This document shows positions 53,836-64,000 of a stretch of 64,000 nucleotides of DNA, one piece after another. This DNA is from Gammaproteobacteria bacterium. GTDB lineage: Bacteria > Pseudomonadota > Gammaproteobacteria > GCA-002705445 > GCA-002716945. How positions within the stretch are numbered: the stretch's first letter is position 1; each line of letters begins with the position of its first letter. A program made the position numbers and the translations under genes. Under the pieces are notes generated by a model. The model saw only the letters and a program-made list of their open reading frames with translations, was not told where the DNA came from and did not search any database. The DNA lies in assembly GCA_002716945.1 (NCBI GenBank), contig PBCF01000002.1, positions 142,404-206,403 on the forward strand. Direction: 5' to 3'.

Positions 53836-54045
53836 AAGGCATTAGATTCCTCAGATTGTCTACCATAACATAATATCAATTAACTTTTATTATGAAAATT
53901 TTTCTGTTTATATACATAGAATTTTTAGAATTTCTTCTGAAATTGCTTACATGCCTTTTTTTGGATAGATATAATTTATATCGTATAAAGTACGGGTTTA
54001 TGCTAAAATACTCATTTATCAATACTTTTGGAACTTTAAACTGGT

Positions 54046-56583
54046 ATGCCAGAAAATCAAGATATTCGTCTAAAAACTGAAATGGAGCAATCATATCTAG
54101 ATTACGCTATGAGTGTGATCGTAGGGAGAGCTTTGCCGGATGTCCGTGATGGATTAAAACCAGTTCATAGAAGAGTTTTATATTCTATGCATGAGCTTAA
54201 TAATGGTTGGAATAAATCTTATAAAAAATCTGCGAGAATAGTAGGCGATGTAATTGGTAAATATCACCCACATGGGGATACAGCTGTTTATGATACTATA
54301 GTTCGCTTAGCTCAGTCATTTTCAATGAGACATCCTTTGATAGATGGGCAGGGTAATTTTGGTTCAGTGGATGGAGATTCTCCAGCTGCTATGAGATACA
54401 CAGAAGTCAGAATGGCGAAATTATCTCATGAACTTCTCCAAGACATAGAAAAAAACACAGTTGAATTTAATCCAAATTATGATGGTTCTGAAAACGAACC
54501 AACAGTTTTACCAACTAGAGTTCCTAATCTTTTAGTGAATGGGTCGGCTGGGATTGCTGTGGGTTATGCGACAAATATTCCTCCTCATAATTTAATAGAG
54601 GTAGTTGATTGTGCCATAGCAATTATTGATAATCCAGAACTTGCAAGTCCAGATAAACTTTCTGAACTTAAAGAGAAATGTGGTCTTCAAGGTCCAGATT
54701 TTCCAACTGGTGGTGAGATTAAAGATGATGGGGGGATTGATAATGCACTTAAAACAGGCAGGGGTTCTTTTAAAATAAGGGCTAAATATAATATAGAAAA
54801 TAAAAATGATAAGACATCCATCATTGTAACTGAATTACCATATCAAGTGAATAAAGCTAAACTCATAGAAAACATTGCACAACTTGTTAAAGATAAAAAA
54901 ATTAATCAAATTAGTCAGTTAAGAGATGAATCAGATAAAGATGGAATGAGACTTGTAATAGAACTAAAACGTGGCGAACAGCACGATGTTTTATTAAGCA
55001 CATTATATAAACATACCAATATGCAAACATCATATTCCGCCAACATGGTTTGTTTAGTCGATGGTGAACCACTAACACTTGGGTTTGGATCTATATTATC
55101 AGAGTTTGTTAAACATAGAAGAGCAGTAGTAACCAAAAGAACACTGTTTGATTTAAATAAAACAAAAAATAAAGCACATTTATTAGAAGGTCTTGGAATT
55201 GCTCTTGTTAATGTAGATGAGGTTATAGCTCTAATCAAAAAAGCTAAAAGTATACAAGATGCCAAAGAAAAATTAATGAAAAAAAATTGGGTTCCTGGTC
55301 AATTGATAAAATTTTTAGGTATCGCAGATAAACAAACAGAAAATTTTATAAAAACTGATACCAATTATGGATTGGCAAAAGATCATTATAAGTTATCGCC
55401 AATGCAGGCACAGGCAATATTAGATTTAAGATTACAAAAACTTACTAATTTAGAACAAGAGAAAATTTTCAATGACTATGAAAATTCAATTTCAGACATT
55501 AAGAAATTCATTAAAATTCTTTCTAGCTCAACTGAACTAGATAATGAAATAAAAAATGAATTAAAACATATAAAAGATGAGTATGGAGAACCACGTAGAT
55601 CTGTAGTATCTACAGATGAAGGTGAATTAAAAAAAGAAGATCTTATAAAAAAGGAAGAAGTAATTGTAGTACTTACAAAAGCTGATTATGTGAAAAGACT
55701 TCCTGTTGTTGGTTTTAAAAGTCAGAGAAGAGGTGGGAGAGGAATTAATGCCACTAAATTTAAAGATGGTGACGAAACAAAGTTAATTTGCCAGGCTCAC
55801 ACTCATGACGTGTTACTTTGTTTTTCAACTATCGGTAAAGTTTATGCTATTAGAGTTTTTGATTTACCAGATCCCAGTAGACAAGCCAGAGGAAGACCGA
55901 TTAACAATGTTTTACCGTTGGCAAACAATGAATATATAAGTACATTTGTGGTGATAAAATCATTTAATGAATCAGGATACCTATTTTTATCAACAAAAAG
56001 TGGGATGGTTAATAAAATATCACTAGATTTATTTAAAAAGATTAGAAATAGTGGATTGAAAGCTATTTTACTGAAAAGTGGAGACGAACTTTTGGGTGCA
56101 ACTCATACAACTGGAGAATCAGAAATAATGTTAGTTGGTGATAGCGGAAAAGTTATAAAATTTTCTGAAAAAGATATAAGGGTGAGATTTAGAGGTACAC
56201 AAGGCGTCAAGGGTATAAATCTAACTAAGAAATCAAGATTAGTCTCATTATTAAAACCAAAATCAGGACAGATTGTTACAGTTACTGAAAATGGTTATGG
56301 AAATAGAGTAGACGCATCAAATTATAATTTACAAAAAAGAGGCGGGCAGGGTGTAATAGGTATAAAGACATCCAAAAGAAATGGAAAGGTAATTGGAGCT
56401 GTACATGTTGATAAAAAAGATAATATTATTTTAATAACAAACAAAGGCAAAACTATTAAAATTTGCGTCGATGATTTATCTATTATTGGCAGAAATACTC
56501 AAGGTGTAAGATTACAAGTTCTACAAGATGATGAAAAATTAGTTGCTTTATCAAAAGAGAACATAAACGAAGATATATTATGA
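54046..56583 (+). CDS. gyrA: DNA gyrase subunit A
   Basis: [16 protein letters not shown], GyrA box QRRGGRG. Confidence 0.98.
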   Translation: MPENQDIRLKTEMEQSYLDYAMSVIVGRALPDVRDGLKPVHRRVLYSMHELNNGWNKSYKKSARIVGDVIGKYHPHGDTAVYDTIVRLAQSFSMRHPLIDGQGNFGSVDGDSPAAMRYTEVRMAKLSHELLQDIEKNTVEFNPNYDGSENEPTVLPTRVPNLLVNGSAGIAVGYATNIPPHNLIEVVDCAIAIIDNPELASPDKLSELKEKCGLQGPDFPTGGEIKDDGGIDNALKTGRGSFKIRAKYNIENKNDKTSIIVTELPYQVNKAKLIENIAQLVKDKKINQISQLRDESDKDGMRLVIELKRGEQHDVLLSTLYKHTNMQTSYSANMVCLVDGEPLTLGFGSILSEFVKHRRAVVTKRTLFDLNKTKNKAHLLEGLGIALVNVDEVIALIKKAKSIQDAKEKLMKKNWVPGQLIKFLGIADKQTENFIKTDTNYGLAKDHYKLSPMQAQAILDLRLQKLTNLEQEKIFNDYENSISDIKKFIKILSSSTELDNEIKNELKHIKDEYGEPRRSVVSTDEGELKKEDLIKKEEVIVVLTKADYVKRLPVVGFKSQRRGGRGINATKFKDGDETKLICQAHTHDVLLCFSTIGKVYAIRVFDLPDPSRQARGRPINNVLPLANNEYISTFVVIKSFNESGYLFLSTKSGMVNKISLDLFKKIRNSGLKAILLKSGDELLGATHTTGESEIMLVGDSGKVIKFSEKDIRVRFRGTQGVKGINLTKKSRLVSLLKPKSGQIVTVTENGYGNRVDASNYNLQKRGGQGVIGIKTSKRNGKVIGAVHVDKKDNIILITNKGKTIKICVDDLSIIGRNTQGVRLQVLQDDEKLVALSKENINEDIL

Positions 56584-57650
56584 AAAATAAATTAAAGCAA
56601 CTCAGAGAGAAAATAGACTTAATTGATAAGAAAATATTATCAAATCTAAACAAAAGAGCTAATTTAGCTAAAGAAATAGCCAAAGTTAAATTATCATCTG
56701 ATGAGAATCTATTTAGACCAGAAAGAGAAACGCAGATATTAAATAATTTAATAAAATCAAATCAAGGTCCAATGGGAAAGGAGCATCTAATATCGATTTA
56801 TAAAGAAATTATTTCATCATGTTTGTCTTTAGAAACAAGAATAAAAGTATCTTGTTTGGGTCCTAAAGGTTCATTTAGCAACGCTGCCACAACAAGGTTT
56901 TTTGGCACTAATATACAGACAACATATGTATCCTCAATTGATGAAATTTTTGATAATGTTTTACTAAATATGTCTGATTATGGGGTAATACCTGTTGAAA
57001 ATTCCAATCAAGGTACTATCAATCAAAATTTAGATTTATTAATAGCTAAGCCTATAACTATATGCGGAGAGATCAATATTGCCATTAATCATTGTTTGTT
57101 ATCAAAATCTTCTAATATTGATTCAATTAAAACTATATATGCGCATGAACAATCATTTATGCAATGTAGAAATTGGTTGAAAAAAAATTTATCTACTTGT
57201 GAAATAATCAATGTTGCAAGTAATTCTGAAGCTGCAAAAAAAGCAACTAGAAGTATAAAATCTGCCGCTATAGCTAGTAAGGTCTGTGCATCAGAATATC
57301 AATTACATGTCCTGAGAAAAAATATACATGACAATCCTAATAACATTACAAGATTTATAATCATAGGAAATAAACCTGTAGCAATGTCTGGTATAGACAA
57401 AACATCAATAATTGTCTCAGCAAGTAATACAGCTGGATCTTTACATTCTTTACTTGATCCGTTAACAAAAAATAAAATTAGTATGACCAAAATAGAGTCT
57501 ATACCAACTAAAGTTAATAATTGGGAATATATGTTTTTTATAGATATTGAAGGACATATTTCGCAACCAAAAGTAAAAAAGGCTCTGGAAGCTATTAAAA
57601 GAAAATCTTCTTTTTATAAACATTTAGGTTCTTACCCAAAAAGTATTTGA
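56580..57650 (+). CDS. pheA: Chorismate mutase/prephenate dehydratase
   Basis: LREKID.ID, PVENS, TRF, MTKIES.P. Confidence 0.96.
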   Translation: MKNKLKQLREKIDLIDKKILSNLNKRANLAKEIAKVKLSSDENLFRPERETQILNNLIKSNQGPMGKEHLISIYKEIISSCLSLETRIKVSCLGPKGSFSNAATTRFFGTNIQTTYVSSIDEIFDNVLLNMSDYGVIPVENSNQGTINQNLDLLIAKPITICGEINIAINHCLLSKSSNIDSIKTIYAHEQSFMQCRNWLKKNLSTCEIINVASNSEAAKKATRSIKSAAIASKVCASEYQLHVLRKNIHDNPNNITRFIIIGNKPVAMSGIDKTSIIVSASNTAGSLHSLLDPLTKNKISMTKIESIPTKVNNWEYMFFIDIEGHISQPKVKKALEAIKRKSSFYKHLGSYPKSI

Positions 57651-57657
57651 GATACAT

Positions 57658-58764
57658 ATGTCAAATAGAACATCAATATTTAGCTATAAACCTGGGCAAA
57701 GCATAGAATATGTAAAGTCTAAGTATAAAATTAAAAATGTTATTAAATTAGCATCGAATGAAAATCCATATGGTTCAAGTAAACAAGTTATCTTAAATGT
57801 AAAAAAAGTTATTAAAGACATTTATAGATACCCAGATAGTCATTCGAAAATATTAAAAAATTCTTTAGTTAATATATTGTCTCATAATAGTATAAATGAG
57901 AATAATCTATTAATAGGTAATGGTTCTAATGAAATATTAGAGTTTATCGCACGAGCTTTTTTGAATAATCAATCTGAGGTGATTTTTTCTAAACATTCAT
58001 TTTTGGTATATAAAATTATTTCAACTTTATCTAATGCTAAGATAATAGAAACAAAACCCAGACAAAATAAATACGATCAATATTTAGGTACTGATTTAGA
58101 AAGCATTATGGAAAAAATTAGCAGTAAAACCAAAGTCATATTCATTGCCAATCCAAATAACCCTACTGGAACAATCATTGATATTACTGACATTAGAAAC
58201 TTTTTAAAAAATATTCCAAAACATATTATTGTTGTGATTGATGAAGCATATTACGAATATTCATCATATCTTAATAAAACAAGTGCAGTAAATCTTATAC
58301 GGAAATTTCCAAATGTTATTGTAACACGAACATTTTCAAAAATTTATGGACTTGCTGGTCTACGTATTGGCTATGGGATTTCATCACAAAAAAATATACG
58401 AACATTAACTTCGCACAGACAACCATTCAACATTAATATTGCTGCGCAATATTTAGCTAATGTTGCATTGGATGATCAAGATCATGTTAAATATTGTCTT
58501 AAGAAAAATTTAGATGGTATGAATTATATAATCTCAACTTTTGAGAAGTTAGGAATAGATTATTTAAGTCCATATGGAAACTTTATAACCTTAAATTTAG
58601 GAAAAAAAACTAAATCACTTTATAATAAATTAATCTCAAAAGGTATCATTTTACGACCTCTAGAAAATTATAATTTGAGTAATTACTTAAGAATGACCAT
58701 AGGTACAAGTTCTGAGAATGATAGATTTGTTGATGTATTTTCCAAATTACTTAATAAAAAATAA
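57658..58764 (+). CDS. hisC: Histidinol-phosphate/aromatic aminotransferase
   Basis: KLASNENP, NPNNPTG, DEAY, RTFSK.YGLAGLRIG. Confidence 0.93.
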   Translation: MSNRTSIFSYKPGQSIEYVKSKYKIKNVIKLASNENPYGSSKQVILNVKKVIKDIYRYPDSHSKILKNSLVNILSHNSINENNLLIGNGSNEILEFIARAFLNNQSEVIFSKHSFLVYKIISTLSNAKIIETKPRQNKYDQYLGTDLESIMEKISSKTKVIFIANPNNPTGTIIDITDIRNFLKNIPKHIIVVIDEAYYEYSSYLNKTSAVNLIRKFPNVIVTRTFSKIYGLAGLRIGYGISSQKNIRTLTSHRQPFNINIAAQYLANVALDDQDHVKYCLKKNLDGMNYIISTFEKLGIDYLSPYGNFITLNLGKKTKSLYNKLISKGIILRPLENYNLSNYLRMTIGTSSENDRFVDVFSKLLNKK

Positions 58765-59600
58765 TGTTTAAAAATATTTATATATATGGACTTGGTATGA
58801 TGGGTGGTTCTATAGCATCATCTATAAAAAATAATAATGTTACAGATAATATTATTGGATATGATATTAATCCAAATACATTACGATATTCGATGAAAAA
58901 TAAATTCATTGACGAAGTTGATGACAATAATTTTTTAAAACTTAAGAAATCTGATTTTATAATTATATGTACACCATTGAGTGCATACAATGATATTTTT
59001 AAAATTATTAAGAAATATTCTCCGCTAAAGTGTTTAATAACTGATATTGGTAGTACTAAAGTTGAAGTTACTGATACTGCAAAAAAAATATTTAAGAATA
59101 CCGATAGAATATTTATTGGCTCACATCCACTTGCTGGAAAAGAAAAAAGTGGCATAAAATATGCTAATAAAGATTTATTTACGGGAGCCAGAGTTATTGT
59201 AACTTTTGAAAATAATAATAAATCTAAAATAGTCAAAAACTTTTGGAGTAATCTAGGAGCTAAAATTTCAATAATGAGTCCAAAGACTCATGATTTGATA
59301 GTTTCCAAAACTAGTCATGTTCCACATTTACTATCTTACGCCTTAGTTAATACAATATTAAAAGAAAAAAATATTAAAAACTTAAATGATTTTACTGGAG
59401 GAGGTTTTAAAGATTTTGCTAGAATAGCATTAAGCGATCCATTAATGTGGAAAGATATATCCTCTACTAATAAAAAAAATATAATAAAATCACTAGATGT
59501 TTTATCAAATGAATTTAAATTGCTTAAATCAATGATTAATAAGAAAAATTTTAAATCATTGCATAGATACTTTAAAAATATTAAAGATAAGTTATCATAA
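58764..59600 (+). CDS. tyrA: Prephenate/arogenate dehydrogenase
   Basis: GLGMMGGS, DIGSTK, HPLAG.E, SHVPH. Confidence 0.92.
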   Translation: MFKNIYIYGLGMMGGSIASSIKNNNVTDNIIGYDINPNTLRYSMKNKFIDEVDDNNFLKLKKSDFIIICTPLSAYNDIFKIIKKYSPLKCLITDIGSTKVEVTDTAKKIFKNTDRIFIGSHPLAGKEKSGIKYANKDLFTGARVIVTFENNNKSKIVKNFWSNLGAKISIMSPKTHDLIVSKTSHVPHLLSYALVNTILKEKNIKNLNDFTGGGFKDFARIALSDPLMWKDISSTNKKNIIKSLDVLSNEFKLLKSMINKKNFKSLHRYFKNIKDKLS

Positions 59601-59603
59601 ATA

Positions 59604-60911
59604 ATGATGGATCATTCTCACAGCATATCAATAAATGATTCAAATAAATTATCAGGTAAAATATTAATTCCTGGAGATAAATCAATCACCCATCGTTCTA
59701 TAATTTTATCCTCATTGTGTGAGGGCAAAACTAAAATATATAATTATTTAGATTCTGATGATTGTAATCTGACAATTTTAGCAATGAAAAGTTTAGGGGT
59801 GAATATAACAAAACATCCTAATTATCTAAGTATCGAAGGGAAAGGACTTAAGTCACTAAAAAAACCAGCAAAAACGATAGACGCTGGCAATTCAGGAACA
59901 TTAGCAAGATTGCTTGTTGGAGTTTTAGCTATGCAACCCTTTAGTTCAAAAATTATAGGGGATAGTTCATTATCTGAAAGACCAATGGAAAGAATAATAG
60001 AACCCCTATCACAAATGGGAGCTAATATTATATCTAAAAATGGAACTTTACCTTTAAACATTGAACCATCCAAAAAATTACACAACATAAATTATTTCTT
60101 AAAAATTGCTAGCGCTCAGATCAAATCCTGTATTTTGTTAGCTTCATTATATGTTGAAGGTGAAAGTATTATTGAGGAAATTGTTAATACGCGAAACCAT
60201 ACAGAAAATCTTCTGCAACATTTAAATTATGATATGAAAATAAGAAATAAAAAAATTTCTATTATTGGTCAGCAGAAAATGATTGCTAAAGACATATATA
60301 TACCTTCAGATATTTCATCAGCAGCATTTTTTATTGTTGCAACTTTAATTACAGATAAATCTGAACTAATTTTAAAAAATATAGGATTAAATTATCTTAG
60401 AACGGGTATTATTGATGTTCTTATTAAAATGGGTGCACAAATAGAGATTTTAAACGAATCAAATAATGGATATGAATCTTTCGCTGACATAAAAGTAAAA
60501 TCCTCTAAATTAAAGCCAATTCAATTATCTGGAGAAATAGTTTCAAGATTAATTGATGAATTCCCAATTCTTTTTATTGCATGCTCTATATGTAATGGTG
60601 TATCCGAAATTAAAAATATTCAAGAATTGAGATTCAAGGAAAGCGATAGAATTAAATCAATGGAATTAGGATTAAATAAATTAGGAATCAATGTAAAAAG
60701 TACAAAAGATTCTATTAAAATTCAAGGAGGTACAATTCAAGGAGGAATAGTAGATAGTTGTAACGATCATAGAGTAGCAATGTCATTTTTAATTGCTGGA
60801 TTAGTGTCTAAAAAACCTATTACGGTTACAAACACATCTAACATAAATACTTCATTTCCTACTTTCTTTTCTATTCTAAAAGAACAAAATGTAGGTATAT
60901 ACAAAATATGA
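59604..60911 (+). CDS. aroA: EPSP synthase (class II type)
   Basis: PGDKSITHR, SAQIKS, ELRFKESDRI, DHRVAM. Confidence 0.97.
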   Translation: MMDHSHSISINDSNKLSGKILIPGDKSITHRSIILSSLCEGKTKIYNYLDSDDCNLTILAMKSLGVNITKHPNYLSIEGKGLKSLKKPAKTIDAGNSGTLARLLVGVLAMQPFSSKIIGDSSLSERPMERIIEPLSQMGANIISKNGTLPLNIEPSKKLHNINYFLKIASAQIKSCILLASLYVEGESIIEEIVNTRNHTENLLQHLNYDMKIRNKKISIIGQQKMIAKDIYIPSDISSAAFFIVATLITDKSELILKNIGLNYLRTGIIDVLIKMGAQIEILNESNNGYESFADIKVKSSKLKPIQLSGEIVSRLIDEFPILFIACSICNGVSEIKNIQELRFKESDRIKSMELGLNKLGINVKSTKDSIKIQGGTIQGGIVDSCNDHRVAMSFLIAGLVSKKPITVTNTSNINTSFPTFFSILKEQNVGIYKI

Positions 60912-61585
60912 AAACAGATATACCTATAATTACTATAGATGGACTAAGTGGCTCTGGGAAAACTACTATATCTAAGATGTTATCAGAAAATATGAGATGG
61001 AATCTGTTGGATAGTGGAAAATTATATAGGGCAATAGGATATCTTGTAAATCAAGAATCATTGAATATGAATGAAAAATCTCAAGTTAATCTATTAGTAA
61101 ATAATATAAGATTAAATTCATCTCCTGAAGATACTGAATATAAAATATTTTATATGGACAATAACATTAGTATGCATTTAGAGAATGAAAAAATTGGAAT
61201 TATTGCTTCTCAAGTTGCTAAATTGGATTATATACGAAACATGTTATTGCCGTTGCAACACTCTAGTTTAAAAGAACCAGGATTAATTGCTAATGGTAGA
61301 GATATGGGTACTAAAGTTTTTCCTCAGGCTAAACTGAAATTATTTTTTACTGCCTCTCTAGAAATCAGAGCTCAAAGAAGATTTGAGGAAATGAAGAATG
61401 CAGGAAAGAATGTAAATTTATCAGAAATTATTGAATCTCTAAAGGCACGAGATGACAGTGATATTAATCGTGAGGCATCACCTTTAGTTCCTGCAAAAGA
61501 TGCTCATACAATTGATTCAAGTAATTTAAATATTAAGTCTGTTCTTGATAAAATATATAAATTGTATACTATATCAGAAGCTTAA
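60908..61585 (+). CDS. cmk: Cytidylate kinase
   Basis: IDG.SGSGK, GRDMGT.VFP, RD..D..R..SPL. Confidence 0.96.
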   Translation: MKTDIPIITIDGLSGSGKTTISKMLSENMRWNLLDSGKLYRAIGYLVNQESLNMNEKSQVNLLVNNIRLNSSPEDTEYKIFYMDNNISMHLENEKIGIIASQVAKLDYIRNMLLPLQHSSLKEPGLIANGRDMGTKVFPQAKLKLFFTASLEIRAQRRFEEMKNAGKNVNLSEIIESLKARDDSDINREASPLVPAKDAHTIDSSNLNIKSVLDKIYKLYTISEA

Positions 61586-61606
61586 ATAGAAAGAGGAATA
61601 TAATTT

Positions 61607-63169
61607 ATGGATAGTCAGCAAGAATTTGAAACTTTATTTAAAGATAGTATTAGTAAAGTTGACATGACACCTGGATGTATCATAAAAGCTGAAGTCATAG
61701 ATATAAAGGATGATTTTGTAATAATCAGCGCTGGACTTAAATCAGAAGCCATAATACCAAAAAACCAATTCATTGATTCTGACGGTAATTTAGAGGTTAA
61801 ACTAGGGGATAATGTTGAAGTAACATTAGACGCAGTCGAGGATGGTTATGGAGCCACTGTGTTATCCAGAGAGAAAGCAAAAAGAACAAAAGTATGGAAA
61901 GAACTTGAAGGCTATCAACAATCTCAAGAAATAATAAAGGGCAAAGTTTGTGGAAAAGTAAAAGGTGGATTTACAGTTGAACTAATGAATGTTAAAGCCT
62001 TCTTACCTGGTTCGCTTGTTGATATTCGCCCTTCTAAAGAAACTGATTACCTAGAAGGCAAAACATTAGATTTTAAAATAATTAAGATGGATAAAATTAG
62101 AAACAACATCGTTTTATCTAGAAAGGCTGTTTTAATGGATCAAAATATTTCACCCGAAGATATAGCAGAAAAATATACCGAAGGGAAAATTGTTAGCGGA
62201 TACATTAAGAATTTAACTGATTATGGTGCATTCATAGACCTTGGAGGTATAGATGGATTACTTCATATAACTGACATATCCTGGAAAAGAATTAATCATC
62301 CTAGCGAAATATTAAAGGTTGGAGAAGAAATTGAAGTTGTTGTTCTAAAGTATGATACAGAAAAAAATCGGGTCAGCCTAGGGATGAAGCAATTGGGTGA
62401 AGATCCTTGGGATAAAGTCTCGAAACAATTTGAACTTGATTCTAAATATAAAGGCAAAGTAGTAAATATTGCTGACTACGGTGTATTTGTAAATTTGGGT
62501 GACAATATAGAAGGACTGATAAGAACATCCGAATTAGACTGGACCAATAAAAATGTAAATCCCAACAAAATATTATCTATAGGTGATGAAGTTGAAATTC
62601 TTGTAACAGAAATTGATAATGAGAAAAGAAGAATCTCTTTGAGCTATAAACAATGTCTAGAAAATCCTTGGGTTCAATTTGCAGAAAAACATAAAAAAGG
62701 AGATAAAATAGTTAGTGATATAAAATCTGTTACAGACTTTGGGATCTTTATTGGTCTAGAAGGTAACATTGATGGCTTAATACATATTACAGATGTTGAT
62801 GATGGAAATAATCAAGAAGAAATTTTGAGAAGCTATAAGAAAGGTGATGAAGTAGAAACAGTTATATTATCTATAGATGCTGATAGAGAAAGAGTTTCTC
62901 TTGGAATAAAACAACTGGCTGATGAAAAATTTCAAGAAACTATTGATAAATATAAAATTAATGATGAATTAAAATGCGCTATAACAAATGTATCTGAAGA
63001 CGGTATTACTTTAAAAGTTGATAAACTAAATATTGGTATATTAAAGCTGACACAGAAAGAATTAAAAGATGCTTTGGAGAAAGATTTATATAAAAAACAA
63101 GATGAAATTTCATGTTCAATCAAATCTTTTGACAAAAAAAATAAAAAAATAGTTTTACTAAAAAAGTAG
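61607..63169 (+). CDS. rpsA: 30S ribosomal protein S1
   Basis: Tandem S1 repeats (YGAFIDLGGIDGLLHI etc.). Confidence 0.98.
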   Translation: MDSQQEFETLFKDSISKVDMTPGCIIKAEVIDIKDDFVIISAGLKSEAIIPKNQFIDSDGNLEVKLGDNVEVTLDAVEDGYGATVLSREKAKRTKVWKELEGYQQSQEIIKGKVCGKVKGGFTVELMNVKAFLPGSLVDIRPSKETDYLEGKTLDFKIIKMDKIRNNIVLSRKAVLMDQNISPEDIAEKYTEGKIVSGYIKNLTDYGAFIDLGGIDGLLHITDISWKRINHPSEILKVGEEIEVVVLKYDTEKNRVSLGMKQLGEDPWDKVSKQFELDSKYKGKVVNIADYGVFVNLGDNIEGLIRTSELDWTNKNVNPNKILSIGDEVEILVTEIDNEKRRISLSYKQCLENPWVQFAEKHKKGDKIVSDIKSVTDFGIFIGLEGNIDGLIHITDVDDGNNQEEILRSYKKGDEVETVILSIDADRERVSLGIKQLADEKFQETIDKYKINDELKCAITNVSEDGITLKVDKLNIGILKLTQKELKDALEKDLYKKQDEISCSIKSFDKKNKKIVLLKK

Positions 63170-63460
63170 ATGATCTTAAATAAATCAGAATTGATATCTA
63201 ATCTATCTAAAAAACATAAAACATATAATAAATCAGATGTTGAATTTTCTGTTAGAAAAATACTGGATTATATGTCAAAGTCATTGTATTCAGGCGAAAG
63301 AATTGAGATTAGAGGTTTTGGAACATTTTCACTTCATGAACATAATTCAAGAACAGCTAGAAACCCCAAGACAGGGGAATCAGTTGCACTACAGAAAAGA
63401 TTTACAGTGCATTTTAAGCCTAGCAAAGAACTAAAAAAAAGAGTAAATAATAAAAATTAA
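63170..63460 (+). CDS. ihfB: Integration host factor beta
   Basis: RIEIRGFGTF, ARNPKTG, FKPSKELK.RVN. Confidence 0.96.
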   Translation: MILNKSELISNLSKKHKTYNKSDVEFSVRKILDYMSKSLYSGERIEIRGFGTFSLHEHNSRTARNPKTGESVALQKRFTVHFKPSKELKKRVNNKN

Positions 63461-63503
63461 CCTCTTCTCATCTGCTTCATATATATTACAATAAGATATT
63501 ATT

Positions 63504-63797
63504 ATGTTTAGGTTTTTAATATTTATCTTAACAATTGCTATTATTGGTGTATCTGTAACAATATCCACTCTGAATATTAACGATGTCCATATAAATCTTC
63601 ACTTTATTACCTATACCGCTCCATTGCCATTTTTTTTACTAATTAGTTTTTTTGTTGGATGTCTATTAACTCTGTTATTCTTTCTATCAGCATATGTTAA
63701 ACATAAACATGAAAATATAAATTTAAAAAAGAGCAATAAAATTAAAGAAGATGAAATTGATAATCTGAGGAAAAGCCCACTCAGAGAAGATAGATAA
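63504..63797 (+). CDS. lapA: LPS assembly protein LapA
   Basis: Two TM segments plus a coiled tail; lies between ihfB and lapB. Confidence 0.85.
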   Translation: MFRFLIFILTIAIIGVSVTISTLNINDVHINLHFITYTAPLPFFLLISFFVGCLLTLLFFLSAYVKHKHENINLKKSNKIKEDEIDNLRKSPLREDR

Positions 63798-64000
63798 TGT
63801 CAGATATAATAATTGTACTCTTAGTAATATTTTTATTATCAATAGGATATATATTTCGGAAGCCGGAAATCAAAAAAACAAAAACTGTATTCAATGCGGA
63901 ATATTACAGAGGCTTAAATTACTTATTGAGTAATGAGGAAGATAAGGCTCTTAAGATATTTACAGCTTTAATTGAAGTCGATAGTTCCACCATTGAAACT
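63797..64000 (+). CDS. lapB: LPS assembly protein LapB (3'-truncated by window edge; not in ORF track)
   Basis: Hand translation MSDIIIVLLVIFLLSIGY...EYYRGLNYLLSNEEDKAL matches the LapB N-terminal Y..GLN.LL....DKA. Confidence 0.88.
   Translation, partial: MSDIIIVLLVIFLLSIGYIFRKPEIKKTKTVFNAEYYRGLNYLLSNEEDKALKIFTALIEVDSSTIET

Noticed and set aside
53876..54094. Small ORFs in the ubiG-gyrA divergent region (53876-54094 minus, 53892-54080 plus)
   Set aside because: AT-rich F/I/L/K-biased translations that overlap gyrA; best explained as promoter DNA.
54046..56583. Quinolone-resistance alleles (Thr at the GyrA Ser83- and ParC Ser80-equivalent positions)
   Set aside because: Thr is a conservative residue that is wild type in GyrA of many Gammaproteobacteria such as Pseudomonas; it is no evidence of resistance.
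2851..63434. Numerous short antisense or alternate-frame ORFs in the track (e.g. 3542-3826, 7460-7858, 25619-26056, 41172-41645, 58778-59236)
   Set aside because: They are shadows of well-supported genes with no recognisable motifs.

Overview
Strongly AT-rich, gene-dense chromosomal segment of a streamlined Gammaproteobacterium. The assignment is inferred from Pseudomonas/Legionella-like synteny; a marine uncultured lineage is plausible but cannot be proven from this window. It holds about 60 mostly core genes: infB-rbfA-truB-rpsO-pnp; MFS-acs-dksA-xseA / guaB-guaA; valS-holC-pepA / lptFG; moeA / xerD-dsbC; sbcB / parE-parC-htpX-efp; tsaB; psd; aroC-leuCDB-asd-fimV-truA-trpFBA-accD-folC-dedD-cvpA-purF; ubiG / gyrA-pheA-hisC-tyrA-aroA-cmk-rpsA-ihfB-lapA-lapB. 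I saw no tRNA, rRNA, CRISPR, IS or prophage. The most interesting feature is in a small accessory block after guaA: an unannotated ~78-nt sRNA gene (minus strand, ~15903-15980) with a TTGACA-17-TATTGT promoter, a 5' hairpin, duplicated C-rich anti-SD-like motifs and an intrinsic terminator. It is transcribed divergently from a CarH/LitR-like MerR repressor that has lost all of its cobalamin-ligand residues, and the shared intergenic region carries 11-bp-spaced TnGACA operator-like repeats. Other oddities are an in-frame TGA at an invariant Gly of parE, a one-cysteine (Zn-free type) DksA, a TruB lacking the motif-II His and PUA domain, serC absent from the gyrA operon, and convergent gene pairs that overlap with no terminator.
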